This document shows positions 48,142 to 58,254 of a stretch of DNA of 64,000 bases, piece by piece. The DNA comes from Candidatus Bathyarchaeia archaeon (GTDB lineage Archaea > Thermoproteota > Bathyarchaeia > Bathyarchaeales > Bathycorpusculaceae), in NCBI GenBank assembly GCA_049512935.1, contig JBEKWR010000003.1, positions 96,001 through 160,000 of the forward strand, written 5' to 3'. The position numbers and the translations under genes are program-made. The notes beneath the pieces were generated by a model. The model was not told the DNA's origin, made no database searches, and saw only the letters and a list, made by a program, of their open reading frames with translations. Positions within the stretch are counted from its first letter, which is position 1, and each line of letters begins with the position of its first letter.

Positions 48142-48441
48142 CTATTTCTTTTTAGCCCTTGCCGCTTTCTCTTTTCTGTATTTTTGTATTTCCTCTTCTA
48201 TGTCATCTTGGGTTAACTCGCCGTATTTTGCGATTCTTTCATCAACTCGCCTGTATATGGCTTCAAGCTCTTTTGACAAGTCTGGTTCTTCAAATTTTTT
48301 CAGTATTACGGAATTGTTGTACTCGTAAACGAGAAATTTTGTTTTCGGTTTCAAGCCCATTCTTGACCTTATTTTTGCAGGTATGACAACTTGGCCTTTT
48401 TCGCTGAGAATCGTGAGTTCGGCTTTTTCATTCTGACCCAT
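48142..48441 (-). CDS. AbrB/MazE-type antitoxin without an intact toxin
   Basis: SEKGQVVIPAKIRSRMGL; tail DIEEEIQKYRKEK. Confidence 0.88.
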   Translation of the reverse strand: MGQNEKAELTILSEKGQVVIPAKIRSRMGLKPKTKFLVYEYNNSVILKKFEEPDLSKELEAIYRRVDERIAKYGELTQDDIEEEIQKYRKEKAARAKKK

Positions 48442-48587
48442 TTGCAGCCACCGAATGTTATCTTACTTTCTTACCTAAAGAACATATCTCCTCTGCAAAT
48501 CATCAACACTCTGACCATCAATAATGTGCACTAAATTCCGATTTATGGAAAGTATTGGCCGTTTGAAAAAAATAACCTCGTATTTAG

Positions 48588-48660
48588 TGGTGCCGGGGGT
48601 GGGACTTGAACCCACGAAGGCCTGCGCCAGAGGATCTTAAGTCCTCCTCCATATCTTAGG
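48588..48660 (-). repeat. tRNA-Leu(UAA) 3' exon plus 10 nt of intron (array boundary 3)
   Basis: 73-bp direct repeat of 49440-49512 with 2 mismatches (48593, 48651); no 5' exon. Confidence 0.92.
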
Positions 48661-48663
48661 CAC

Positions 48664-49086
48664 TCACTGAGTCTGATTTTTTTGGCGATTTTGAGCAATC
48701 TCGTCAAGCGTTAGGGTTTTGATATTTGGGGCAATCTTCTTTGTCAGACGCAGATCCTCAGTTACCAAAATCGACGCTTTCGACTTGGCAAAATAAGTAT
48801 AGGACGCATCGTAGAAAGTAATTCCAAATTGCCCTGAAGTTTCCAAGATTTCTTCTTCCTTGGGAACTATCTGATGGATTTCCATTGCGTTTAGAGCGTG
48901 TTTGATTGCGTTCATTAGCGATCGGGCTTCCTCTTTGGAGATTTTTGCTTGCAACAAGTAGTCTTTCCAGACTATGTTTCCGAGTTCATATCTTGCGATT
49001 TCTAACGTGCCGTTTCCTGTTAGAAGGTCAATATTGTTTTCCTTAATGGCCCTGATAATCGCTGAGGAATCAAAGAGATACCTCAT
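48664..49086 (-). CDS. vapC: PIN-domain toxin
   Basis: YLFDSSA, ELGN, ITFYDASY, LVTED. Confidence 0.9.
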   Translation of the reverse strand: MRYLFDSSAIIRAIKENNIDLLTGNGTLEIARYELGNIVWKDYLLQAKISKEEARSLMNAIKHALNAMEIHQIVPKEEEILETSGQFGITFYDASYTYFAKSKASILVTEDLRLTKKIAPNIKTLTLDEIAQNRQKNQTQ

Positions 49087-49316
49087 CGGCTTTCCCGATC
49101 TTCCCTTATGCTTCTTACTATTTCTTCCATGCTGACTTTGTCGAGTATCGGCTTTAGCTTGGTTATTTCTTCTTTTAGCTCTTCGATTTCCTTTCTCTTA
49201 ACCTCATCCTCTATTGCTTTTCGTAGAAGCTTGGACGGCTTGATTTTGAGCTTTATCATCTTCTCTTTGAGTGGCTTGGGAATTTTCGTTGATACCGTTA
49301 CGCATTCACTGGTCAA
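49083..49316 (-). CDS. vapB: RHH-type VapB antitoxin
   Basis: TVSTKIP...LLRKAIEDEV...IREDRESR; ATGA overlap with vapC. Confidence 0.85.
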   Translation of the reverse strand: MTSECVTVSTKIPKPLKEKMIKLKIKPSKLLRKAIEDEVKRKEIEELKEEITKLKPILDKVSMEEIVRSIREDRESR

Positions 49317-49439
49317 TTTCTCACCGAGAAGTAGTAATAAAAAGTAGTAGAAAAGGTTTGCTTAAACTGTTTTACCAAAATGGCGACCCACAACGCAAGC
49401 GACAAACTGCACAGAAGGTCGTTTTTATGTTGGCGTTTT

Positions 49440-49560
49440 TGGTGGCGGGGGTGGGACTTGAACCCACGAAGGCCTGCGCCAGAGGATCTTAAGTCCTCCT
49501 CCCTATCTTAGGTGAAGTTTTTTCTGGCCACCTATTTAGACCTGGCTCGGATACCCCGCC
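49440..49560 (-). tRNA. tRNA-Leu(UAA) with 33-nt BHB intron at position 22/23 (intron 49503-49535) and encoded CCA
   Basis: Acceptor GGCGGGG/CCCCGCC, anticodon arm GAGGA-CTTAAGA-TCCTC, long variable arm, T arm GTGGG-TTCAAGT-CCCAC; BHB GTCT/AGAT with AAA and AGG bulges and TAGGTG/CACCTA helix. Confidence 0.93.
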
Positions 49561-49943
49561 ACCAGCACCGATACTTCACGGCGCGGTATTGTTTAAGTTT
49601 TATGCATAAGGCACCTTGGACCCAGAGCTGGCTGTTTCTTTGCACTGGCAGTGAACAAGTTGCACGGTTTTTTGCGTCGTGCATAAAGATAAGGCGGATT
49701 CTTCGATGGATTTGGACCCACAACTTGCTGGTAACATCGCCAATTCTTCCTGCGCAGCCGCTTTCTCTTTTTTTTAAATAATTTACGGCATTCCGCATCA
49801 GCCCATTACCCTTAAACCCTCGTCATACATCAAAACCTCGACCCGTTGCTGAATTGAAGAATATGGTCAATAACATAATCATACCAAACTTTTCTTGAGT
49901 CTGCAAATGGCATTGAAAAAAATAAAAAAAGGCGAGGTGGTGT

Positions 49944-51863
49944 CTAATAGTAGTATTGGAGCAATACGGTTGTGTCTCCTACTGCCCACAGATTTCCGTT
50001 GCCGTCCACGAATCCAAGAGACGCAGACATTCCCATTAGCATTGCTTCACCATATAAGGGGTCGTAAGCATACTGATCTGCGCTTAGAGGATATACACCA
50101 AGAGGCAAAGAGATTGTTAAATAGCCAGTATTTGGATCTGTGACTCCCACCCAATTATTGTTTATGTAAACATCGGTAGAAACTGGATAATAGCTTGGGT
50201 CATACGCCCAAAAAGTAATGGAGTATGTCGGTATATATTTGTAGTATGCGGTTATGCTTTCACTCCCTACGATTGGTATGTCTACAGAGTTTCCGTAGTA
50301 ATTGCTGCCGTCGAAAAAGCAACTGAAAGCTCCTCCTACATCTGAATCAGGCGCGTAGAATAATGGATCAGGATCTAGCAAATTAACAGTGTTGCCGCTT
50401 GTAACCCAGTTGCCATCCACTGCGATTGGGATGCCACTAACATAACTCCCGGTGGACTCATCATAAGCGAGTATAGTCACACTCGGATCACCGCTTGCCC
50501 AAACTGCGCCTATATACAATGATACTCCGCGGTCGGGATTATACCCTGCAACAGCGAGGTATTTGAAATCAGCGTAGTAACCAATCGGGATCCACTGCGC
50601 GTTAGAAGGGGAAACTTCAATAGGGCTATTGATTTGGTACCAAGTATTGTCATCCATTGAAACGAACACGTAAAGATCGCTGGGGTATGTCGAATCTGAA
50701 CAGCCATATACATAGATGTTTCCGCCTGCAACTCCACTCATCTGTCCTACTATATTACCGCCGTCTCCGGCACTTTCTCCATATATGTGTGCGAAACTGC
50801 CATCGGGTTTTTTTGTGGCTAAGTCATCCGGGTTACTAACGTAACCATTACCGTATGGTGCAGAACTAACTTCACTGGAAACATAGAAATATTGTTGACT
50901 AAGCATTGACCAATAGTAATTACCGTTGCCTGAACCAACTTTTGTTTCGATGCCACTAGGTGCACTTCTTTGATTAGAGGGACCACGATAACAACCCGTT
51001 GCGTTTGTATTAAGCGTTGTCTCGACATATGGGCAATTATCCACCGTAATTCCCGTGTCCAAATTCCCTGTCTCAACACAGCTTGCAGGAGAATACTCAA
51101 CGTCATTAAAAAGCAAACTTATGCCCGGCGGTGTGATTTCATTAAAGGAATGAGTGGACCAACAATCTTGCGGATTATTCAAGTCTTGGATCCAAAAAGT
51201 CACTTGAGGTGTTCCATCAACCATTGCCGCTGAGAAATTACATTCATAATAGTCGCCAATATGGGGCATTATATCATCGTCAATAGGCGTGTTATAGGTG
51301 CCAACGCCATAGAAATCTATAGCGCTAATACAAAATGACACTTCGCCGCCTGGCATAATCTATGTAAAATTGATACCACACGTAGCCCACGCCTGGTGTA
51401 CCGAAATCTATGTTCACAGGCTCATAGTAAACATAACCATCTCCAAGGTTACCGAACGTGTTTGGCTCTACCTGAAATGTTGGATACATATCTGCCATAT
51501 TGTTTTGAGAATTAGCAAAATAAGTTACGTCCCACGTGACGTTAGCTCCACTATCCTGGTCTTCTTGGGATACCAATTGATTAGTCCACTTATTAGAGGA
51601 ACTCGACGTTATGTTGGCAGGTGAAACGGGTGCCGTAGGTATATGATTGGTGAATTAACTTTGATTATTTGGGACGAGCCGCCAATGCTCGGCGGAGAGA
51701 GCGGAATGTTTGCAGTTGGGTTAGCCGACGTTTGTGGTGTTGTATCCGCGTTGATGTTTTGTGGCAGAGCTTTTACATTTTTTGTTGATATTGCAAAGGC
51801 GCTAGAACAAAGAATCATTAGCAGAATTGTTGCAACCAATAGCTTTGGTCCTTTTTTTGTCAT
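49944..51863 (-). pseudogene. Large secreted protein gene broken by two frameshifts (ORFs 51609-51863, 51325-51576, 49944-51356)
   Basis: Signal peptide only in the first piece; coding-like reading continues across shifts near 51640 and 51357. Confidence 0.7.
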
Positions 51864-52156
51864 TTTCTTTTACCTCCCGGGTTTTAAGGAAAGTTGCTTC
51901 TTTCCCGTATTGGCTATTTAGCGGTTGTTGCTTAAATGATTTTAGTTTTTCTTCAATCAATAGAATACACAAAAAAAAAGAATAACTTTGGAAAATAGGG
52001 TTAAATTGCGACAAGATTTTGCGCAAAAATCAACAAAATGTTAATTTTGGTCAAAAAATAATCAAATCGCTAAGCTAAAAATTATAAATAAACACATGAA
52101 ATTAGAGAAAATAAGGTTATTTTAATCTCCTAAGCTCTTAGGCAATCAGGCCGCCG

Positions 52157-52687
52157 TTAAGCTGCGGGGATACCTTCCAGATACCTGAAGATTAAGCTAT
52201 AGCGGTCAACGTCGCGGCTGCTTGTGGCCATGTAGATGGCCAGAGATGTGGTTTGACCGTCGTTCAACTCGACCATCCAATAACCAAAAGGCTCACCGGC
52301 CGGATAGTATAAGTTTGAATTAATCCGAGCGCCGTTTTTATCGTAAAGATCAGCGTACAAAATGAAGAATACCCTCGAGCCGTTAAACTGAGGCTGAATA
52401 ATGTTCGGAGGCGGCTGCTGGAGTGTGTAGTCGCTTCTGACAGTTACGTTTATCATGAAGACAGCTGTTCCCCGATAGGTGCCGTAGTATGGTTTTGCCG
52501 ATATTAGGTAGATGCTGCTGTTTCCTATGTAGCCGGGTGCTGCAGGTTCAAGAACCGCCGTTGAGGGGCTAACGCTGTTCGCTGGCTTCATGGCTAACTG
52601 TTGGAAAACGACGACGCCGATTGTAACGGCTATGATTACGATAAGTAACGCTCCAAGAGTTCGACTAAATTTCAAGACATACCACAT
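52157..52687 (-). CDS. N-terminally anchored exported protein
   Basis: N-terminal TM; beta-rich; NxS/T sequons. Confidence 0.75.
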   Translation of the reverse strand: MWYVLKFSRTLGALLIVIIAVTIGVVVFQQLAMKPANSVSPSTAVLEPAAPGYIGNSSIYLISAKPYYGTYRGTAVFMINVTVRSDYTLQQPPPNIIQPQFNGSRVFFILYADLYDKNGARINSNLYYPAGEPFGYWMVELNDGQTTSLAIYMATSSRDVDRYSLIFRYLEGIPAA

Positions 52688-53000
52688 TTACTTGTTGTAT
52701 ATCAGTGCTAATATATTTATGTGAAAAATTCCCCTTTCTCATAGTTACGGTGTGGTGTTGTTCAAGTTTTTTGCATGAGCGGTTTCTTTGCGTAGGTTTT
52801 TTTTCTGACCCTGGGATGGGATGGGTTTTTCTTGCGGGTTCGGGTCTGCGGATTTCTTTTCGTTTCTTGCGCCTTGTAGCCCATGCCGCTGGAGGAGTTA
52901 CCGCTGACCGGGAACCGTCGAGTTTGGTATAAGCCGATTTATACCAGACTTTTCCACAATTTTCCTCGTTTTCGAGCAGAAAAGCAAAATTTGAAGAGGC

Positions 53001-53104
53001 TGATTTACGCTCTAAAACAAAAAAACAATCAGAGTCAGCCCCTAAGCAGACCCAGTCTACTGAAGGAGGGGGCTACTTTTTACATCAAAATCCCAACGTA
53101 AAAA
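53001..53104 (-). repeat. Degenerate dispersed intergenic element, copy 2
   Basis: Reverse complement aligns with 15720-15825. Confidence 0.5.
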
Positions 53105-53519
53105 GCATCAACTCTCACGCCGTTGTTTCTAGCATTGGGCTACAACATAACGTTATATTCCATGTTGAGTCACTATTTTTTGCCAGTTGGGGAACACGCT
53201 TCGCGTAAGCATCAATTTGCTCTGGCAAAAGTTAGATGTTATCTGAGATAACGTCAAAGAAACATTTTGGCAATGCGGAAACTTATGATGCAAAAAAACG
53301 TGGGGTTTTGACCCAACTGGCACTTCAAATTTTCTCGCAGCTGCGGATGCAGAGTGCAGATGCTTCATCCCCCTACCGGGTAACCTTCCCACATAACAAA
53401 CCAAAACAAAGCTCAAACCAGCCATTTTTCTCCGCAAAAAACAACCTCAAGCACGGAACTTTCTGCTACGCTTATATCTCCCGACTGCGGTATGTTGTTT
53501 CTGAGGAGATGACTCAAGG

Positions 53520-53798
53520 ATGCCCGCTATAGAAGTTGGCAGAATATGCGTAAAGCAAGCCGGTCGAGAGAACGGCAAAAAATGCGTCGTCATAGACGTG
53601 ATGGATAAAAGTTTCGTACTGGTAACAGGCCCAAAAAAGGTCACTGGGATCAAGCGGCGACGCGTAAACATCAACCACGTTATGCCTCTTCAAGAGAAAA
53701 TCGAGGTTAAACGAGGCGCCTCAGACGAAGAGGTAGCGCAGGTTTTAGAGGCAGCCGGCAAACTGCAGGAAATGACTCAGCCCGTTAAACTCGCATAG
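53520..53798 (+). CDS. rpl14e: 50S ribosomal protein L14e
   Basis: [20 protein letters not shown]...[18 protein letters not shown]. Confidence 0.95.
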   Translation: MPAIEVGRICVKQAGRENGKKCVVIDVMDKSFVLVTGPKKVTGIKRRRVNINHVMPLQEKIEVKRGASDEEVAQVLEAAGKLQEMTQPVKLA

Positions 53799-53860
53799 TT
53801 TAAGCTTTAATATCTCATGTTTCTTTTTTCTTATCAACCCGATTAGGACCTGAACACTTT

Positions 53861-54883
53861 ATGCCCAGAACGACGCCGCCTTGGGAAATCAAACATGAAC
53901 TGTTTACGAAAGCCGAGGACACCACCGACCCGAAATACGGGCATCAGCCTTCCCAGCGGCCCGCCAAAGAGTACATCAAATACGGCACCATCAACCTGGA
54001 CAAGCCCGCTGGACCCACAAGCCACGAGGTTGCAGCATGGGTAAAAAAAATCATGAAGCTAAAAGGCATCGGGCACGGAGGCACCTTAGACCCTAAGGTA
54101 ACAGGCGTTTTACCCATCACGCTTGAGGCTGCCACAAAGATTGTTCAGGCGTTCCTCTACGGCGGCAAAGAGTACGTCTGCGTCATGAAGCTGCACGGTG
54201 ACGCGCAGGAACCCCAGATCAAGCAAGTTCTGAGCGAGTTTGAGGATGAGATTTACCAGCGCCCGCCCTTGCGGTCTTCGGTCAGGCGGCAACTTCGCAC
54301 ACGACGCATCTACTACATCGACTATTTGGAGTCTGATGGGCGCAACGTGCTCTTCATCGTCGGCTGCGAGGCAGGCACTTACATACGCAAACTCTGCTTT
54401 GACATCGGCGAAATCCTCGGAGTAGGCGCGCACATGCAAGAGCTGCGAAGAACCCGCTCTGGGCCATTCACCGAGAACAGCGCCTCCAAGGTGACTTTGC
54501 ATGATGTTGCCTACTGGTTCGGCGAGTGGGAACAGAAGAAGGACGAGGCGATTCTGCACAGGTTCATCGTGCCTATGGAGGAAGCGTTGAGCCTGCTGCC
54601 GAAAGTCGTCGTTCGAGACTCCGCCGTTGACGCACTGTGCCACGGCGCCAACTTGACTGCTCCCGGCGTGCTTCAGGTTGAGAGCGGAATCAAGAAGGGT
54701 TCGATCTTAGCCGTTTTCACGTTGAAAGGCGAGGCGGTGGCGCTGGGAAAGGCGCTTGCCTCCACTGAGGAGATGCTGGATCTGAAGCATGGCGCGGTCG
54801 TCGGGCTGGAGCGGGTTTTGATGGAGCGGGGCACTTACCCGAAGGTTTGGAAGTCAGGGTCGGAGCATGAACCCGAAAAATAA
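53861..54883 (+). CDS. cbf5: H/ACA pseudouridine synthase Cbf5 with PUA domain
   Basis: LDKPAGPTSHEV, GHGGTLDPKVTG, QRPP, GTYIRKLC, PUA domain. Confidence 0.95.
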   Translation: MPRTTPPWEIKHELFTKAEDTTDPKYGHQPSQRPAKEYIKYGTINLDKPAGPTSHEVAAWVKKIMKLKGIGHGGTLDPKVTGVLPITLEAATKIVQAFLYGGKEYVCVMKLHGDAQEPQIKQVLSEFEDEIYQRPPLRSSVRRQLRTRRIYYIDYLESDGRNVLFIVGCEAGTYIRKLCFDIGEILGVGAHMQELRRTRSGPFTENSASKVTLHDVAYWFGEWEQKKDEAILHRFIVPMEEALSLLPKVVVRDSAVDALCHGANLTAPGVLQVESGIKKGSILAVFTLKGEAVALGKALASTEEMLDLKHGAVVGLERVLMERGTYPKVWKSGSEHEPEK

Positions 54884-55490
54884 CGGCGTCGATCACTATT
54901 TCACAAGCGCGCCCAAGTCTAAAGAACGCTTCGGTCTTGTTCGAACCTGCCTCCGAGGAAGAAACTTCGAGTTTTTGACTGCTTCAAGCGTTTTTTCGAA
55001 GCGCCGCATAGACTTAGGCACGAGGCTGCTTATTGAATCGATGCTGCTGCCCGCGGAAGGCTGCGTTTTGGACATCGGCTGCGGCTACGGCCCGGTCGGT
55101 ATCGTCGCCGCATCGCTTAACTCGAAGCTGCGCGTGGTGATGACGGACGTGAACATGAGAGCTGTCCGCCTGGCAAGAAAAAATGTTGAATTAAACAACA
55201 TCGGCAACACTGAGGTGCGTTACGGACACTTCTACGAGCCAGTTGACGACTTAGTTTTCAGCTGTGTCCTGTCTAACCCTCCAGTCAGCGCTGGCATGGA
55301 AACCGTGAAAGCCATCGTGAAGGGAGCGCCGCAGGTTCTTGCGGATCAAGGGACTTTTCAGATGGTCATCCGATCCAAGATAGGCTCTAAGGCTTTGCCG
55401 GCTTTTTTCGAGGAAACGTTTGGGAACGTTAAGATTCTTTCACGAGGCAGCGGGTTCCGTGTGCTTCTGGGGCAACGCGTCACGGTGTAG
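54867..55490 (+). CDS. RsmC/MJ0882-like SAM methyltransferase
   Basis: HYFT, VFSKRRIDLGTRLL, LDIGCGYG, SNPP. Confidence 0.9.
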   Translation: MNPKNNGVDHYFTSAPKSKERFGLVRTCLRGRNFEFLTASSVFSKRRIDLGTRLLIESMLLPAEGCVLDIGCGYGPVGIVAASLNSKLRVVMTDVNMRAVRLARKNVELNNIGNTEVRYGHFYEPVDDLVFSCVLSNPPVSAGMETVKAIVKGAPQVLADQGTFQMVIRSKIGSKALPAFFEETFGNVKILSRGSGFRVLLGQRVTV

Positions 55491-55614
55491 TTTTAGGTTT
55501 TTGGGGTTGCGCCTGATTATTTGGCTGACAAATGGGGAATGTTTATCTGCCATGATTTTATATGGATAGGCTTCAGCATGTAAATTGGCGTAGCATCTAA
55601 ATGGTGACTGAAAG

Positions 55615-55830
55615 GTGTCAGAAGATAACAAGCGTGAACGCATAACTATTCGTCTAACGAAAAGGTACCTTGACCTGTTGAACATGCTGATTGAGAAAGG
55701 CGTCTACAACAGCCGCAACGAAGCCATCCGCGACGCGCTTCGGATCATGTATGAGTACCACGGGCTGAAGGTTTCGCCTGACAAGAAGCATGCATTTAAC
55801 ACAAAAAGCGAAGATTCCTCCGAAGACTAA
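55615..55830 (+). CDS. CopG/MetJ ribbon-helix-helix regulator
   Basis: ITIRL...L..L...G.Y.SRNEAIRDALR. Confidence 0.88.
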   Translation: MSEDNKRERITIRLTKRYLDLLNMLIEKGVYNSRNEAIRDALRIMYEYHGLKVSPDKKHAFNTKSEDSSED

Positions 55831-55853
55831 GCGTTTTCGTTGAACAAATCTTG

Positions 55854-55900
55854 GCGGGGTTCACGGGTCCTCCCCGCTGAGCACAAATTTTTTTCTTTCC
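55854..55900 (+). terminator. GC hairpin followed by T-tract (possible terminator)
   Basis: GCGGGG-N12-CCCCGC then a T-rich run, between convergent genes. Confidence 0.35.
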
Positions 55901-55974
55901 TTAAAGTTGCGGCAATTTAAAAGGCAATCGTGGATTTTGTCCTTCTTTTTTTCTCTAATTGCGACTGTTCATGA

Positions 55975-58002
55975 TTATGGGTCCTCTATGGCCGGGCATA
56001 GGACAAAAGCGGAGCGAGCGGGCAGATAGAGGCTGAGCACATGTTGACTTTTTGCTTCAGTAGTGTCCACCATAGTGAAGTGGATCTGCTGCGGTAACAG
56101 CCGACCGTATCCGCCGTACTTTGGTGCATCACAGTCTAGAATCATCATGTATTTTCCAGGGGGAGCTTCAAATCGATAATCAGTAAAGGATTGATAGGGA
56201 TTAAAATTGAAGGCAAAAATCAGATCAGCCCTTTTGAAGATGATTACTTTTTTCTCGGAATCTTCATGCAGCAGTTGCGGGATGGATGTTTCAAGAAGGT
56301 GATGTGTCTTGACAAGTGCAATCATGTCGCGGTCGAATCGGGCTAGTAAATGGTACTTTAGGTGAACGTCGTCTGCGAGGTGCCATTGTCGATGTGCATG
56401 CTTGAATGACCAGTTGTTTCCCTCGCGGGGAAAATCTATCCAGTCCGGGTGGCCAAATTCATTACCCATAAAGTTTAGATAACCGTGGCTGGCCGTGCAC
56501 AGGGTTATCAAGCGGATCATCTTATGCAACGCTATTCCACGGGCGACCTTTGAGTTGTTATCATCGATTCCCATGTGATGGTACATGTCTTCGCCGATCA
56601 GTCGGAAAATAAGTGTCTGATCTCCCACCAACGCTTGGTCGTGAGATTCAGCGTAACTAATGGTTTTTTCATCTGTCCTGCGGTTAGTAAGTTCAAACCA
56701 GAGATGGCCGATGGGCCAGTCCTCATCTTTGAAATCTTTTATTAGGCGGATCCAGTAATCAGGAACCCCCATTGCAAAGCGATAGTCAAAACCGAACCCG
56801 CCCTCTGACTGGGAAACGGCCAAACCTGGCATGCCGCTGACATCTTCGGCTATGGTGACGGCGCGGGGTCGGATATCATGAATCACTCGGTTGGCTAGAG
56901 CCAAATAGGTCAAGGCATTTTCATCCACGCTGCCATCGAAGTAATCGGTGTATGAAGTGAATACTCTTCTAAGACCGTGTTCCAGGTAAAGCATGCTGGT
57001 GACGCCGTCGAACCGAAACCCGTCAAAGTGGAATTCGTCTAGCCAGTATCGGCAATTGGAAAGTAAAAAATGCAAAACCTGAGGTTTGTCGTAATCGAAG
57101 CAACGTGAATCCCATGCTATGTGTTTTCCGCGCGGGCCCTCATGAAAATACTGAAATAGTGTCCCGTCGAAGCGGCTCAATCCCTCCACTTCGTTAGATA
57201 CGGAGTGGGAATGGATCAGATCCATGAAAACGGTGATCCCTTGGGCGTGAGCCGTGTCAATCAGGAGTTTCAAATCCTCTGGCGTCCCGTACCGTGATGA
57301 AGGGGCAAAAAAGCTTGATACCTGATATCCAAATGATCCGTAGTAAGGATGTTCTTGAATGGCCATCAACTGTAACGTGTTGTAACCAGCATTGGCGATT
57401 CTCGGAAGCACCCCGAAAGTAAATTCGCGGAAGGAACCGATTTTTTCTTCTTCCTGTGCCATACCGATATGCGCTTCATAGATTAATGGAGCTTCTTTAG
57501 GTGGGTTGAAATCGATTTTCCACTGATACGACTCCGGCGGTAACCATACTTGGGCGTTAAAAATCAAAGTTTTGGGATCTTGAACAACCCGTCGAGCATA
57601 GGCTGGAATACGATCACCTTCGCCCCCTGCCCAATGAATACGGAGCCGAAACAGATCGCCATGCGTCAATTTGTCGGCGGTCAGGTGAATTTCCCAGACA
57701 TCAGAGTCGTTGATCTTTTCCAGCGTAAATTCTTTTTGCTCTTGCCATTTGCTCATGTCTCCTATCAGGTAAATTGCCGTTGCATTTGGCGCCCATTCAC
57801 GGAAAACCCATTCGCCTCGTTGAAAATGTAGACCGAAATATTCGTGGCCAGACGCAAACTCTGCAAGGCTCATTTTTCCCTGTGTGAGACGTTGCTCTGT
57901 CTCTTCGATACGCTCCAACCGATGTCGAATCTGTTCAGAAAACGGCGCGAGGTACGAATCGCTTCTCAGCAGACAGCTCAATCGGCTTTCAAGACCACTC
58001 AT
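55975..58002 (-). CDS. glgB: 1,4-alpha-glucan branching enzyme (GH13_8-like)
   Basis: FREWAPNA, IYEAHIGM, HPYYGSFGYQV, FDGFRFDGVTSM, AEDVSGMP, YAESHDQALVGD, LNFMGNEFGHP. Confidence 0.93.
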   Translation of the reverse strand: MSGLESRLSCLLRSDSYLAPFSEQIRHRLERIEETEQRLTQGKMSLAEFASGHEYFGLHFQRGEWVFREWAPNATAIYLIGDMSKWQEQKEFTLEKINDSDVWEIHLTADKLTHGDLFRLRIHWAGGEGDRIPAYARRVVQDPKTLIFNAQVWLPPESYQWKIDFNPPKEAPLIYEAHIGMAQEEEKIGSFREFTFGVLPRIANAGYNTLQLMAIQEHPYYGSFGYQVSSFFAPSSRYGTPEDLKLLIDTAHAQGITVFMDLIHSHSVSNEVEGLSRFDGTLFQYFHEGPRGKHIAWDSRCFDYDKPQVLHFLLSNCRYWLDEFHFDGFRFDGVTSMLYLEHGLRRVFTSYTDYFDGSVDENALTYLALANRVIHDIRPRAVTIAEDVSGMPGLAVSQSEGGFGFDYRFAMGVPDYWIRLIKDFKDEDWPIGHLWFELTNRRTDEKTISYAESHDQALVGDQTLIFRLIGEDMYHHMGIDDNNSKVARGIALHKMIRLITLCTASHGYLNFMGNEFGHPDWIDFPREGNNWSFKHAHRQWHLADDVHLKYHLLARFDRDMIALVKTHHLLETSIPQLLHEDSEKKVIIFKRADLIFAFNFNPYQSFTDYRFEAPPGKYMMILDCDAPKYGGYGRLLPQQIHFTMVDTTEAKSQHVLSLYLPARSAFVLCPAIEDP

Positions 58003-58254
58003 CAAAATACCTTATTCTGCTTAACGTACAAGTAGTTTAATTCTTTTTCTAAAAGCCGAGAACAAATCGAAATATATTGATAGCGCATATTTCAGTTTGA
58101 AAAAGGATTCCATTTCGGTAACTTGTACAAGAAGGCTGTAAACCTAACGAACTTCCAGAAAAATTTAAGCATGCGGGAATAGCTAAATATTAGAAAATAG
58201 ATAAAGAAAAATTGGAAAGTGTTGTCCAGAGGACTATTAAACAAGGGTGAATTC

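Noticed and set aside
48588-48660. Second complete tRNA-Leu gene
   Set aside because: No 5' acceptor strand or D arm; vapC occupies that position.
46700-49464. Regularly spaced repeats as a CRISPR array
   Set aside because: Spacing is ~0.9 kb with whole genes between, the repeats are tRNA-derived, and there are no cas genes.
55852-55885. GC hairpin as a tRNA half or SRP/RNase P fragment
   Set aside because: No T arm, anticodon arm or conserved ncRNA motif recognised; kept only as a possible terminator.
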